From Candidatus Omnitrophota bacterium (lineage in GTDB: Bacteria; Omnitrophota; Gorgyraeia; Gygaellales; Profunditerraquicolaceae): a stretch of 64,000 bases of DNA. The DNA lies in the NCBI GenBank assembly GCA_041651115.1, contig JBAZJY010000003.1, forward strand, positions 73,829 to 137,828. Direction: 5' to 3'. Shown here one piece after another: positions 19,290-29,217 of the stretch (positions are counted from its first letter, which is position 1; every line of letters starts with the position of its first letter). Both the position numbers and the translations under genes were made by a program. The notes beneath the pieces were generated by a model. That model saw nothing but the letters and a program-made list of their open reading frames with translations. It made no database searches and was not told where the DNA came from.

Positions 19290-21503
19290 TCAGCTGTTTT
19301 CTAAATCAATGAATTCCTTGCGGATATTTTCATGCGCCGGCGTATCTATGCGGCGGTAGATTTCCTGCGCCTGCCGGAAATATTCCTTTGCCGCTGCCTT
19401 ACGGTTTTTGGACTTTTCCAGCAACCCTAAATTATAATATGCTCCCGCAAGATCAGGCATCAGGCTTATTTCTTTGGAAACGGCAACCGCTTTATCAAAA
19501 TATTTTTCCGCCTCCTGAAGATTGCCCATTTTCATATATAATTCTCCGATCATATTATAATCAGAAGCAAAAGCAAGACGGTTACCATGAGATTCATCTA
19601 TCTTCAGACCTTTAAGATAACATTCCATTGCCTGGCTATATTGCTTTTCCAGAAGATGCATTTCACCCAGGTTAAAATAATAATCGCTAAGCTCGCTCTT
19701 CAGGTCCATTTTTTCAAATATCTGCAGGCTTTTTTGATAAAATTCCCTGGCAGCGCTATAATCGTTTTTATTAGAAAAAACCAGCCCAAGATCAAAATAA
19801 TCACAGGCAAGATTATATCTGTACCGGCGGTCAGACTGGTTCTCCCGGTTGATCTCGGCGCTTTTAGTTAAAAGCTCAAGCGCTTTATCATAGTCCTCTT
19901 TATCAATATACCATACGGCAAGCTTACGCAAACCGGAAGCTTCATTCAATCGGTCCTTTGCCCCCTTGCTGGTTGAGATCGCTTTATTATAAAATTCAAA
20001 TGCCTTGGGGTAATCTCCGAATAGATGATGGATCCAGCCTATACCTATATATGCTTCGGAAAGATTCTTCCAATCACCCCTTTTCTGACTGTATAACGCA
20101 TAGTCAAAATAGTACTTTAATGCGTTTTCCCGTTCACCCATCCGCTGATAGGTATTCGCCAGCAGGGAATACGCCGGCAGGAACATCGGGTCATTTTTAA
20201 TAATCTTACGCGAAAGCGCGATGATCTCTGCATTACCGCCTTTTTCAAACAGTTTATTTGCCCTCAAATATAAGGGGTATGACGCCGGATTACGAAAAGG
20301 CAGGATAGAATATAAATACGCACCGGCTCCGATGAACAGCGCAATCACAGCCAGTTTCAAGATCCTGCTTTTACTACTGCGTATTGCCTTGCGTATCTTT
20401 GCCGGCGCCTGCGCAGGCATTTTTTGCTTAAATAAACGAAACGCCGGATCTCCGTAAAGAATATATCCTGCCCAACAAACTGCTGCCGGGCCATATTCTT
20501 TAACTAAACGCTGCCGGCTTAAGCGTATGCATTCTCCGATTGACGCGCCTTTGATCAGCCGGTCGTAGAATTCTTTGGCGAACATAAGGCTCACCGGGTC
20601 CTCTATCTGCCAGATCGTGCCGATATAATGCCTGACCCCGGAAAATAAAAATGCCGCTGCCAAACTGTACGTCTTCTCCTGGTAATCATCATTCATCAAG
20701 CCATTAGACGACTTTGCTGAACTACAGGCATTAGAAAAAATAAGGCCTGGCAGAGAAAGATTTTGATTTTCTCCCAATGCAAGTATATCCTGGGCGGTAA
20801 ATCTGCCGTCGCTTAACAGCCATCCTCCGGCAGCATGGCCGCCGGAGCCGTATTCACAATGCCCGGCAAAATGCACAATGTCGTAATCGCGCAGGTTTTT
20901 CTTTACGTAAACCGTATCTATGTCCGTAGACTTAAAATCAATCCTCACCTGCTGCCTGAGCCGGTCAAACTGGTTTCTTATATGCACGCCTTCAAGGTAG
21001 GCAGACTTTAAGTCTGCCGTGGGATCAGCGAGCACAAGCATCTTCAGCACGTTGCTCACCGATGACCGGTATTGCACAACTTTCTCCTGCTGCTGCGTCT
21101 TTACTAACCTGCCTAAATTAAACTTAAGGCAAAGGAAATCGTTTCCGTCATACAAAAGTTCCCACGGAATGCCGATCAGGTCTTCGTCTAAAGAAAGGAT
21201 AAGCTCCCTGCCTTCCGCGTTTCTTAACCGGCTTTTTACCTGACTGGTAAGCAGATGGTCCCAAAGGAATTGGCCTGCCTTTTGCATGCGATTAAGCTGT
21301 TCGGGCTCACAACGGAATTTTCCGGATTCGCCAAGTATTGAGGTGATTTCCCGGCAAAGCCGGTTGATTTGAGGAAAGGATACGGGGATCTGGCTGTAAT
21401 GTTTAAGTGTCGGAGAAAGGCTTCCTGAATTAAAAATGCCCATTATCAGGATGCCGGGCTGCCGAGCCACTTCCAGGACATAAGCGTTTTTCTCTGCGGG
21501 CAT
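19290..21503 (-). CDS. CHAT-domain (caspase-like protease) protein with one TM helix and C-terminal TPR repeats
   Basis: 737 aa. CHAT His/Cys dyad context (DIVHFAGHCEYGSGG ... LIFSNACSSAK), a TM segment (ILKLAVIALFIGAGAYLYSIL), then about 8 TPR-like repeats (e.g. AYYNLGLL). Confidence 0.75.
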   Translation of the reverse strand: MPAEKNAYVLEVARQPGILIMGIFNSGSLSPTLKHYSQIPVSFPQINRLCREITSILGESGKFRCEPEQLNRMQKAGQFLWDHLLTSQVKSRLRNAEGRELILSLDEDLIGIPWELLYDGNDFLCLKFNLGRLVKTQQQEKVVQYRSSVSNVLKMLVLADPTADLKSAYLEGVHIRNQFDRLRQQVRIDFKSTDIDTVYVKKNLRDYDIVHFAGHCEYGSGGHAAGGWLLSDGRFTAQDILALGENQNLSLPGLIFSNACSSAKSSNGLMNDDYQEKTYSLAAAFLFSGVRHYIGTIWQIEDPVSLMFAKEFYDRLIKGASIGECIRLSRQRLVKEYGPAAVCWAGYILYGDPAFRLFKQKMPAQAPAKIRKAIRSSKSRILKLAVIALFIGAGAYLYSILPFRNPASYPLYLRANKLFEKGGNAEIIALSRKIIKNDPMFLPAYSLLANTYQRMGERENALKYYFDYALYSQKRGDWKNLSEAYIGIGWIHHLFGDYPKAFEFYNKAISTSKGAKDRLNEASGLRKLAVWYIDKEDYDKALELLTKSAEINRENQSDRRYRYNLACDYFDLGLVFSNKNDYSAAREFYQKSLQIFEKMDLKSELSDYYFNLGEMHLLEKQYSQAMECYLKGLKIDESHGNRLAFASDYNMIGELYMKMGNLQEAEKYFDKAVAVSKEISLMPDLAGAYYNLGLLEKSKNRKAAAKEYFRQAQEIYRRIDTPAHENIRKEFIDLENS

Positions 21504-21512
21504 AGACGAAGA

Positions 21513-22214
21513 TCAGGTTTTGATATCGAGTAAAATTGCCGCGAGCTTTTCCTTAAGGTCCGCTATCTCTACGGTGTATTTACCCAGCGTCACATGCTCA
21601 AAAACTACTTTTCCCGAATCATTTATATAAGATTCAAGCTCTGTATCGCCTTTTAAGAGAGTAATTCTTAAATCTTTAATCACCCGTAAATTTTGCTTGT
21701 CCCTGACGCTGACTGACAAACCAAATGCTGAACCGCCCCTTTTCTCTACTTTCATTTCCACGCGAATACCGGCAAAATCTTTTAATATCAACACTTCGTC
21801 CTTAAAACCTTTTATTTGACGGCTGCGCAGTACCGGCGCAGGGATCAATTCCTGCCCGACCAGGACATCGCCATTGGTAGCCAAGAGATCCATCAACCCT
21901 TCCTTAAGCTGCAAAAGCACCTCTAACACCGGAATTATTTTTGCTTGAGGGAAAAGGCTCTTTGTTTTAATAATCAAGTCATCTGATATCTCCGGAGCCG
22001 ATGAGATATCCAGATTGATCTGCGCTAAAAACACTTCGGCGCACAGGCTGCATTCTACCAGGTGGCGGCGGATATTCTGTTCTTCTGCCGGGCTAAGTTT
22101 TCCCTCCACAAAACAAGCCATAGTTTCTTCATCCGGATGCTCCTTGGGTATAGGGCTTCCGGACTTATGTTTCCTATATACAAGCTTAATCAGTTTTTCC
22201 AGGTCATTCGGCAT
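21513..22214 (-). CDS. Anti-sigma factor, zf-HC2 type
   Basis: 233 aa. N-terminal HxxxCxxC motif (HLVECSLCAEVF). It lies directly downstream of the ECF sigma gene with a 35-nt gap. Confidence 0.55.
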   Translation of the reverse strand: MPNDLEKLIKLVYRKHKSGSPIPKEHPDEETMACFVEGKLSPAEEQNIRRHLVECSLCAEVFLAQINLDISSAPEISDDLIIKTKSLFPQAKIIPVLEVLLQLKEGLMDLLATNGDVLVGQELIPAPVLRSRQIKGFKDEVLILKDFAGIRVEMKVEKRGGSAFGLSVSVRDKQNLRVIKDLRITLLKGDTELESYINDSGKVVFEHVTLGKYTVEIADLKEKLAAILLDIKT

Positions 22215-22232
22215 AGTTTTATCCTTCCAACA

Positions 22233-22262
22233 TAATAGACGAAGCAGGACTAATAATCTAAC
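22233..22262 (-). promoter_or_regulatory. Conserved 30-nt motif TAATAGACGAA-N11-AATCTAAC (minus-strand reading GTTAGATT-N11-TTCGTCTATTA), copy 1, between the ECF sigma and anti-sigma genes
   Basis: The motif recurs at 19047-19076 with identical flanking blocks and the same 11-nt spacing. Confidence 0.35.
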
Positions 22263-22858
22263 GTAAATCCCTTGGATTTAAAACAGTCTCTTAACCGGCT
22301 GACGATCCGCGATTTGCGCATGTCTATTGCACCGCGGGAAACCCTGAACAGGCCTTTCATTGCCTCCAGGCTCAAGCCGCGGCTGATATGAAACTCAAGA
22401 AAATACTTATCATCCGCATCCAGCGCCTCTATGCATTCTTCAAGCCCGGTGATTTTTTCTTCCACTGCAGCCGTATCCCGGGCAGAAGCCGAATTATCGG
22501 AAAGCTTGCCTGCCAGGGTCAAGCCGTCGTCGTCTTCTTGGTCCAAAGACAACATGGCCCTTTGCTTTCTTAAATAATCCAGGGTGTAATTTACCGTTAC
22601 CTGCCTTAGCCAACTGGCAAGGCTACAGCCGTTCTTTGCTTTAAAAGTCTTGAGTTTTTTGAAATTATCCCGGGAGAGGATAACAACGATCTCGTGAAAG
22701 ATATCGTCGGTATTTTCTTCGGTGGCAAGAGCGGGGTTATTTTGCCTTAAAGCGGAGTTGATATACCTATAGATGAGGCGAAAATATTTATCTACGAATC
22801 CATCCCAAGCTTGCTTGTCGCCTGAAGCGCAGCGCTGGACAAACTCCAGATCCGTCAT
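22250..22858 (-). CDS. RNA polymerase ECF-type sigma factor
   Basis: 202 aa. Sigma region 2 (FVDKYFRLIYRYI, DIFHEIVVIL) and a region 4 HTH (LSLEAMKGLFRVSRGAIDMRKSRIVSRLRD). It contains an acidic insertion between the regions. Confidence 0.8.
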   Translation of the reverse strand: MTDLEFVQRCASGDKQAWDGFVDKYFRLIYRYINSALRQNNPALATEENTDDIFHEIVVILSRDNFKKLKTFKAKNGCSLASWLRQVTVNYTLDYLRKQRAMLSLDQEDDDGLTLAGKLSDNSASARDTAAVEEKITGLEECIEALDADDKYFLEFHISRGLSLEAMKGLFRVSRGAIDMRKSRIVSRLRDCFKSKGFTLDY

Positions 22859-22902
22859 GACTTTATTTTAACACCAAAAACACAAAGCGTAAAACAAATA
22901 AA

Positions 22903-22950
22903 TAGGGACAGAGCCTACTTTTCTGTACAGAAAAGTAGGCTCTGTCCCTA
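22903..22950. repeat. Palindromic element family B copy 1 (TAGGGACAGAG...); likely bidirectional intrinsic terminator
   Basis: tagggacagagcctacttttctg-taca-gaaaagtaggctctgtcccta, flanked by an A-tract upstream and a T-tract downstream. It lies directly after the hppA stop. Confidence 0.65.
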
Positions 22951-22957
22951 TTTATTA

Positions 22958-25063
22958 TTATTTAAACAACGAATTCTTGACGATAAACGAAGCAAAGACT
23001 ATGGAAACCATGGACATCAGCTTGATCAGGATGTTTAAGCTGGGGCCGGAGGTATCCTTGAACGGGTCGCCCACGGTATCGCCGACAACACCGGCTTTAT
23101 GCGCTGCCGAGCCCTTGCCGCCATGATGCCCCTCTTCTATGTATTTCTTGGCATTATCCCAGGCGCCGCCGGAATTTGCCATCATAACCGCTAATACAAA
23201 CCCGCAAACCGTAGCGCCGATCAATAAGCCGCCTGCTGCTTCGATGCCGACTAAAAACCCTACGATGATGGGAGTGGCGATTGCCAGAAGCGAAGGCACG
23301 ATCATTTCCTTCTGCGCTGCGGCAGTAGCAATGCTCACGCAACGCGCGTAATCAGGCTTGCTCTTGCCTTCCATAATGCCTGCAATTTCCTTAAACTGCC
23401 TGCGCACCTCAACCACGATCTTTCCTGCAGCCCTTCCGACTGCGCGCATGGTCATTGAACAAAACAGGAACGGCATCATTCCGCCGATAAACAAACCCAC
23501 TAAAACATTGGGATTCATCAGGCTTAAGGTCATTTCCTTGCCGAATATGGCTACCTGATCACGGTAAGCAGCGATCAAAGCCAGGGCTGTCAAGGCAGCT
23601 GAGCCAATGGCAAAGCCCTTGCCGGTTGCGGCAGTAGTATTGCCTAAAGAATCCAATGCATCTGTTCTCTTCCTTACTTCCGGGGGTAAATGCGACATTT
23701 CCGCGTTACCGCCGGCATTATCAGCTACCGGGCCATAAGCATCGGTTGCCAAGGTTATGCCTAAAGTTGAAAGCATACCTACTGCGGAAATCGCTATGCC
23801 GTATAATCCGGCATTGTAATCCGCTGCTCCGCCTGATAAAAAGAAGCTCAACAATATTGCAACACAGACAATAATCACCGGAACCGCCGTAGACATCATC
23901 CCCACAGCCATACCGGCAATAATTACGGTTGCCGGGCCGGTTAAAGAAGCGTCGGCAATTGAACGCGTAGGCGAAGAACCGCTGGAAGTATAATATTCAG
24001 TGCAAAGGCCGATCAGAACGCCGGCAACTAAACCGGCGATCACTGACCAATAAACTCCCATGTGCTGCGCGCCTAAAGTGTACTTAACGAGAAAGTAAGA
24101 AGCGATCGCCACGATAAATGAGCTGGCAAAAACGCCTTTTCTTAATGCTGCCAGCAGGACTTTTTGGCTTGCCTCTTCCCTGCTTTTTACAAAGAACGTT
24201 CCTATGATCGAAGAAAACACGCCTACTGCTGCCATAACCATCGGGACTGTCACGCCTGCTACGCCTAATCCTGCGGCAACGCCTAATGCCGAAGTAGCCA
24301 CGATCGAACCGACATATGATTCATAAAGGTCGGCGCCCATGCCTGCCACATCGCCGACGTTGTCGCCTACATTATCGGCAATAACTGCCGGGTTACGCGG
24401 GTCATCTTCAGGAATGCCTGCCTCTACCTTACCTACTAAATCAGCCCCCACGTCCGCGGCTTTGGTAAAAATACCGCCGCCAACACGGGCAAAAAGCGCC
24501 ATTGAACTTGCGCCCATGCCAAAACATAACATCGTGGAAGTGATTGCCGCGATCTTATCCGTGCCCAGCGGCGTAGGATTAAAAGAATAATACCAATTAA
24601 GGAAATAATACCAGACGCTTAAATCAAGCAGGCCAAGGCCGACTACGGTCAGGCCCATAACCGCGCCGCTTGAGAATGCCACGCGCAAGCCGGAGTTCAG
24701 GCTCTTCATTGCCGCGGCTGCAGTACGGTTTGAAGACTCGGTAGCAATTGTCATTCCGATAAAACCGGAAAGCCCGGAGAAGAACCCGCCGGTCAGGAAG
24801 GCAAACGGCACAAACATTACTAAATACCCCTTAAATGCCATTGCCATAAGGATAAAAAAGACTACCACAAAGAAAAGCGACACGCCCAGATATTGCCTCT
24901 TTAAATACGCCCTTGCCCCGATCTTTACTGCGAGGGCAATTTCCTGCATCCGGTCGCTTCCCTTATCTTGTCTTAAAAGAAAAGGGACAAGATACAAAAA
25001 CGCAAAACCCAGCGCTACTATTGAGCCGATCGGTGCAAGAAGTAAGAAATCAAAACCTGCCAT
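22958..25063 (-). CDS. hppA: Membrane-bound proton/sodium-translocating pyrophosphatase
   Basis: 701 aa, polytopic. Diagnostic motifs GGxxxNAKK ([12 protein letters not shown]), [12 protein letters not shown] and [19 protein letters not shown]. Confidence 0.95.
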   Translation of the reverse strand: MAGFDFLLLAPIGSIVALGFAFLYLVPFLLRQDKGSDRMQEIALAVKIGARAYLKRQYLGVSLFFVVVFFILMAMAFKGYLVMFVPFAFLTGGFFSGLSGFIGMTIATESSNRTAAAAMKSLNSGLRVAFSSGAVMGLTVVGLGLLDLSVWYYFLNWYYSFNPTPLGTDKIAAITSTMLCFGMGASSMALFARVGGGIFTKAADVGADLVGKVEAGIPEDDPRNPAVIADNVGDNVGDVAGMGADLYESYVGSIVATSALGVAAGLGVAGVTVPMVMAAVGVFSSIIGTFFVKSREEASQKVLLAALRKGVFASSFIVAIASYFLVKYTLGAQHMGVYWSVIAGLVAGVLIGLCTEYYTSSGSSPTRSIADASLTGPATVIIAGMAVGMMSTAVPVIIVCVAILLSFFLSGGAADYNAGLYGIAISAVGMLSTLGITLATDAYGPVADNAGGNAEMSHLPPEVRKRTDALDSLGNTTAATGKGFAIGSAALTALALIAAYRDQVAIFGKEMTLSLMNPNVLVGLFIGGMMPFLFCSMTMRAVGRAAGKIVVEVRRQFKEIAGIMEGKSKPDYARCVSIATAAAQKEMIVPSLLAIATPIIVGFLVGIEAAGGLLIGATVCGFVLAVMMANSGGAWDNAKKYIEEGHHGGKGSAAHKAGVVGDTVGDPFKDTSGPSLNILIKLMSMVSIVFASFIVKNSLFK

Positions 25064-25153
25064 TTTGCTACCTCCTAAGCTTAGTTATTATATAGGGGAA
25101 TTCTTGAATTAAACGAGGTGTAATCTAACACACCGGGATATTATTGTCAATAT

Positions 25154-25561
25154 TTATTCTGCCTTTGCTGCGATGTTGAGCTTTCTTATGCCAAGGCCGT
25201 TCAAGGTGTCTAATACCGCGACAATGTCCTTAAAACGCACCAGCTTGTCGGAAAACAGGACTACCTCGATACCCGGGTTACCTTCGCGCAGGGCGTGGAT
25301 CCGCTCTTTAAATTCTTTACGCGTTACCAGGATATCGTCAACATAAATAGTCCCCTCATTTGTTACCGTGATATTTACCTGCTGCCGGGCGTTTTCGTTA
25401 GGCTTGGCGCTGGCGGCGTTAGGGAGATTAACCTTGATACCCGAGTGGACGATCAGCGGAGTAGTGATCATAAATATGATCAACAACGTGAGGGCAATAT
25501 CGGTAAGCGGCGTGATATTGATTTCCGTGATCAGTTTTTGTTTTCTGGCGTTGACGTTCAT
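25154..25561 (-). CDS. exbD: Biopolymer transport protein ExbD/TolR
   Basis: 135 aa. A single N-terminal TM helix with the INITPLTDIALTLLIIFM motif. Confidence 0.8.
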   Translation of the reverse strand: MNVNARKQKLITEINITPLTDIALTLLIIFMITTPLIVHSGIKVNLPNAASAKPNENARQQVNITVTNEGTIYVDDILVTRKEFKERIHALREGNPGIEVVLFSDKLVRFKDIVAVLDTLNGLGIRKLNIAAKAE

Positions 25562-25562
25562 T

Positions 25563-26174
25563 TTATTTAGGCGCGGTCAGGTCCATTGTTTCGGAAGCGC
25601 AAAGCTCCATATCTTTGATAAAACTGTCGATCTTCTTAATAAAATAATTATAGGCGGTAATTGCCGGGACAGCAACGCAAAGCCCGGCCGCGGTGGTAAC
25701 AAGCGCTTCGGATATACCATTAATCACTACGCCTACCCCTCCGGTGCCGCTTGCGGAAAGGTCATGAAAAACCCGCATTATGCCTAATACCGTGCCAAAA
25801 AGCCCGATATATACCGCAACGCTGGCGATCGTCCCGATGATGGCGGTAAACCTTTCCAGGGTGGTCGTTTCTACGACGATCTCGCGGTCCATATTATTGG
25901 ATATTTCCTTTTCGCTGTGATTATAGAAGCTCAAGCCGGCGTAAACCACGCTGGAAAACGGAGTATCGCTTTTCTTGCATATTGAGAGGGCTGTTTCAAC
26001 GCTCCCTTTCTCCAGCTCTTTTCTTACTTTTTTCATAAAATCAAGCCTTTTAACCCGCGAGCGCCTGCGGTAATACAGATACCTCTCAATAATAATCGCC
26101 AGGGAAACGATTGAACAAAACAAGAGTATTATTAAGGTAAAGCCGCCGGTCCGGAATAATTGCCACGTTGACAT
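25563..26174 (-). CDS. exbB: MotA/TolQ/ExbB proton-channel protein
   Basis: 203 aa with three TM helices. Conserved GLFGTVLGIM and EALVTTAAGL motifs. Confidence 0.8.
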   Translation of the reverse strand: MSTWQLFRTGGFTLIILLFCSIVSLAIIIERYLYYRRRSRVKRLDFMKKVRKELEKGSVETALSICKKSDTPFSSVVYAGLSFYNHSEKEISNNMDREIVVETTTLERFTAIIGTIASVAVYIGLFGTVLGIMRVFHDLSASGTGGVGVVINGISEALVTTAAGLCVAVPAITAYNYFIKKIDSFIKDMELCASETMDLTAPK

Positions 26175-26193
26175 ACGATCACCCCCAGATTGT

Positions 26194-26685
26194 TTATTGT
26201 TCTAAAGCCGTATTAATCGCGCTGCAAACCTGCGTTATAGCCGCTGCAACTGCCTTTGTCGGCCGGCTGCAGAAAGTAAAGCTCTTCGGCTGGATGCCGA
26301 TAACTATTATCTCACACTTAAGCAAACGGACAAGATATTCAATCATTATTTTAAGCGGAAGCTTATGCGTGCAAAACGACGCTCCGCCGAAATCCTGCGT
26401 TTCAATCAGCTTTACCCTGCCTGCCGGCTTGCCGAAATCCGCGGAATCCACGATAATCAAGTGGCTTGGCTTAAATTGCCTTATCTGGCCGGTCAGGTTC
26501 TCGGGAGCAGTTGCCCCGATAAAAACCCGGAATTTCCTGCGGCGATTAGCCATTTTCCTGCCGAGCCGCTCTGCCACGATCACCCCGGCTGCGTCATCTC
26601 CCCGGATATCAGAGCCTACGCCAAGGACAGCAACCCTGTCGGCTCCTTTAAGTTTATTTTTCAGGGTTTTCTTTAGGGGCAACAT
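26194..26685 (-). CDS. Hydrogenase maturation endopeptidase (HycI/HyaD family)
   Basis: 163 aa. The VLGVGSDIRGDDAAG motif (GxGNxxxxDDGxG) matches this family. It is the last gene of the hydrogenase operon. Confidence 0.7.
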   Translation of the reverse strand: MLPLKKTLKNKLKGADRVAVLGVGSDIRGDDAAGVIVAERLGRKMANRRRKFRVFIGATAPENLTGQIRQFKPSHLIIVDSADFGKPAGRVKLIETQDFGGASFCTHKLPLKIMIEYLVRLLKCEIIVIGIQPKSFTFCSRPTKAVAAAITQVCSAINTALEQ

Positions 26686-27067
26686 TTAAAATTACTTTTA
26701 GTTTTCCGGAATTCAGCTCTGCCAGCTCAAATTCATCCGTTACTGCCAATGCCTTTTTAAGGCAGGAGTCCACGCACTGGCCGCAAAATATGCATTTACC
26801 AAGGTCTATCTCGGCAACGATCTTTTTATCCTCTGTTTGCCGGATGGTTATTGCCTTTGCCGGGCAGTCTCTCATGCATAATTTACAACCCACGCATTTT
26901 TCCGCAGAGAACTTGATCTTGCCGCGGGAGCCCTTGATCGCGCCGGATTTCACATAGGGATACCTGGTCGTAGCCGGTTTTTTAAACAATGAAAACAAAA
27001 CCGCCTTGATCATTTTTCCCGGCCTTCTCATTTTCATCTTGATTCCTTTTATCTTACTACGAACCAT
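26654..27067 (-). CDS. Hydrogenase 2x[4Fe-4S] ferredoxin subunit (NuoI/HycF/MbhN-like)
   Basis: Two CxxCxxCxxxCP motifs (CVGCKLCMRDCP, CIFCGQCVDSC). The true start is probably the internal Met at about 27013 (MIKAVLFSLFKKPATTRYP). Confidence 0.75.
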   Translation of the reverse strand: MVRSKIKGIKMKMRRPGKMIKAVLFSLFKKPATTRYPYVKSGAIKGSRGKIKFSAEKCVGCKLCMRDCPAKAITIRQTEDKKIVAEIDLGKCIFCGQCVDSCLKKALAVTDEFELAELNSGKLKVILNVAPKENPEK

Positions 27068-27990
27068 TTTACCGTCAGGTCAACGAGCACCTGTAAAAAT
27101 GCCAGCGGCGCAATATATTTCCAGCATAAATTAACCATCTGGTCTATGCGCAGCCGCGCCAACACTGTGCGGAATAAAGAAATTATACTCACGATCAGGA
27201 ATATCTTAACTAAAAAAAGGAGAAAACCGACAGCCGGGCCAAGGTCAAGCCCGAACGGCAGGAAAACCGCTGCCAAGAGGCTTGCGCCGACTATCATTTC
27301 TACGTCAATAGTAAGCCGGAACATCCCCAGCAGCCTCCCGCTATATTCTGTCAGGCTTCCGGCAACGATCTCGGTCTCCGCTTCAGGTATGTCAAACGGC
27401 CCTTTTTCCAGTTTACCCATTAGCGCGACTACGGAGATCGCAAAACCAAGGAGATTAAACGCCCAAAGCCCCGGGTGCCGGCTGTAAAAAACCGTGATCT
27501 CGCTTAATGTCCAGGTATTTGCCAGAAGCGCGGAAGCTAAAACGCTGCTCAATAACGGTATCTCGTAAGCAAATAACTGCGTCAATGAGCGCATAGATCC
27601 GATCGTAGAATAGACCGAACGCGAATACCAGCCTGCCAAAAACAAAGTCATTGTCGGGATGGTCAAAAGATAAAGCACGACGATAACATCGCCCTGAAAA
27701 GAAAACAAGGCTTGCGTTTTCCAGAGCGGTATATAGAGGAACGCCGTAACCGTTGAGGCAAAGGCGAATATCGGCATCAGCCTGAACGGCCGCGGGTCCG
27801 CTTCTTCGGGGATAAGGTCTTCTTTCCCTGCCAGCTTTATAAAATCCGCAAACGGCTGGAACCACGGCGGCCCGACCCTGTTTTGCATCCGCGCGTAAAC
27901 CTTGCGGTCGTAGAATTCAACAATAAACCCGAAGACGATCAAAAACAGCGCCCCGGGGAAAATAATGATCTCAAATAACGCCTTAAACAT
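27049..27990 (-). CDS. Hydrogenase membrane subunit (NuoH/HycD/MbhM-like)
   Basis: 313 aa with about 8 TM helices. The N-terminal E..DRK..AR.Q.R.GP motif (EFYDRKVYARMQNRVGPP) defines the complex-I subunit-1 family. Confidence 0.8.
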   Translation of the reverse strand: MFKALFEIIIFPGALFLIVFGFIVEFYDRKVYARMQNRVGPPWFQPFADFIKLAGKEDLIPEEADPRPFRLMPIFAFASTVTAFLYIPLWKTQALFSFQGDVIVVLYLLTIPTMTLFLAGWYSRSVYSTIGSMRSLTQLFAYEIPLLSSVLASALLANTWTLSEITVFYSRHPGLWAFNLLGFAISVVALMGKLEKGPFDIPEAETEIVAGSLTEYSGRLLGMFRLTIDVEMIVGASLLAAVFLPFGLDLGPAVGFLLFLVKIFLIVSIISLFRTVLARLRIDQMVNLCWKYIAPLAFLQVLVDLTVKWFVVR

Positions 27991-27993
27991 CGG

Positions 27994-29217
27994 TTAACCC
28001 GCTTTACTTTTTAGTTTTTTGTTCAACTTCGTAAAATCGATGCCCTGCCTGCTGTACCATTCTATGCCTTCTACGCGCAGGCTTTCCCAGGTAACGATCT
28101 TTCTGCCTTTTTTCTCATGGTTTTTAAGCGCGATCAGCCGGTCTGTGCAGGAGAAACAGGGATCGATCGCTGCCACAACAATAGGCATATCTGCCAGATA
28201 ACGGTCTTCAAGCATAAAAGCTACGGTTTGGATATTGGCAAGGGTAGGCGCCCTTACTTTTACCCTTTCGGGCTTATCCGTTCCGTTAGCCTTGACATAA
28301 TGCAGGTCCTCTCCGCGCGGCGCCTCATAGCGGCTTACTGCTTCGCCGGCAGGGATCTTGCGCGGCACTTTTACGGCGATCTCGCCGCCGGGAAGATTCT
28401 TTAAAACTTTTCGGATAATACTATAGCTTTCCATCAACTCGCCTAAACGCACGATGGTGCGGCCGTAAATATCATTATGGCTGTCCGTGATCACCTTAAA
28501 ATCGATTTCCGCGTAAGCAGCATACGGATCGTCTTTTCTCACATCCCTTGCCACGCCGGATGCGCGGGCAGTCGGGCCGACCGCACCTAAACGCAAGACA
28601 TCTTCCTTAGACATCACCCCAACCCCGGAAAGCCGCTTTATCAAAGTAGTTTCTCCGGTGGCTACCTCAATATAATACTTGGTCCTTTCTTCCAGGGTAT
28701 CCATTGCCTTAAGCATGTCCTTCACCTGCTCAGCTGAAATATCGCGCCTGACCCCGCCCAGACAATTTATGCCGTAATTCACGCGGTTACCCGTAAGCCC
28801 GGCAAGGATATCCATGACGATCTCGCGGTCGCTCCACGTATACATCAATAAGGTATCAAATCCAACTTCATGGCCTGCCACTCCCAGCCATAAAAGATGG
28901 CTGTGGATCCTTTCCAGCTCGCCTACCAGCGTGCGGATGTATTCCGCGCGCTTAGGGACACTGATGCCGACGATCTCTTCTACTGCCTGCGCAAAACAAG
29001 TGGAATGCGCGTGCGAACAAATGCCGCAGATGCGCTCAATAAGATAAAGGCCCTGAATATACGTCCTCTCTTCACAAGCCTTCTCAATGCCGCGGTGATT
29101 ATAGCCAAGCCGCACGCCTGCTTCCAATATTTTTTCCCCGCTTAAAAGCAGGCTGAAACTGGCCGGTTCCTTTAAAGCCGGGTGCTGCGGCCCAACGGGT
29201 ATTTTTATGTCATGCAT
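27994..29217 (-). CDS. [NiFe]-hydrogenase large subunit, group 4 (membrane-bound, energy-converting)
   Basis: 407 aa. N-terminal RxCGxCxxxH (RICGICSHAHS) and C-terminal DPCxxCxxR (DPCFSCTDR) are both present, so the NiFe-binding cysteines are retained. This distinguishes it from NuoD. Confidence 0.9.
   Translation of the reverse strand: MHDIKIPVGPQHPALKEPASFSLLLSGEKILEAGVRLGYNHRGIEKACEERTYIQGLYLIERICGICSHAHSTCFAQAVEEIVGISVPKRAEYIRTLVGELERIHSHLLWLGVAGHEVGFDTLLMYTWSDREIVMDILAGLTGNRVNYGINCLGGVRRDISAEQVKDMLKAMDTLEERTKYYIEVATGETTLIKRLSGVGVMSKEDVLRLGAVGPTARASGVARDVRKDDPYAAYAEIDFKVITDSHNDIYGRTIVRLGELMESYSIIRKVLKNLPGGEIAVKVPRKIPAGEAVSRYEAPRGEDLHYVKANGTDKPERVKVRAPTLANIQTVAFMLEDRYLADMPIVVAAIDPCFSCTDRLIALKNHEKKGRKIVTWESLRVEGIEWYSRQGIDFTKLNKKLKSKAG

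Noticed and set aside
27994-29217. Alternative call of the 407-aa protein as complex I NuoD
   Set aside because: Both NiFe-ligating CxxC motifs (RICGICSHAH, DPCFSCTDR) are present, and a hydrogenase maturation protease lies in the operon. It is therefore a hydrogenase large subunit.
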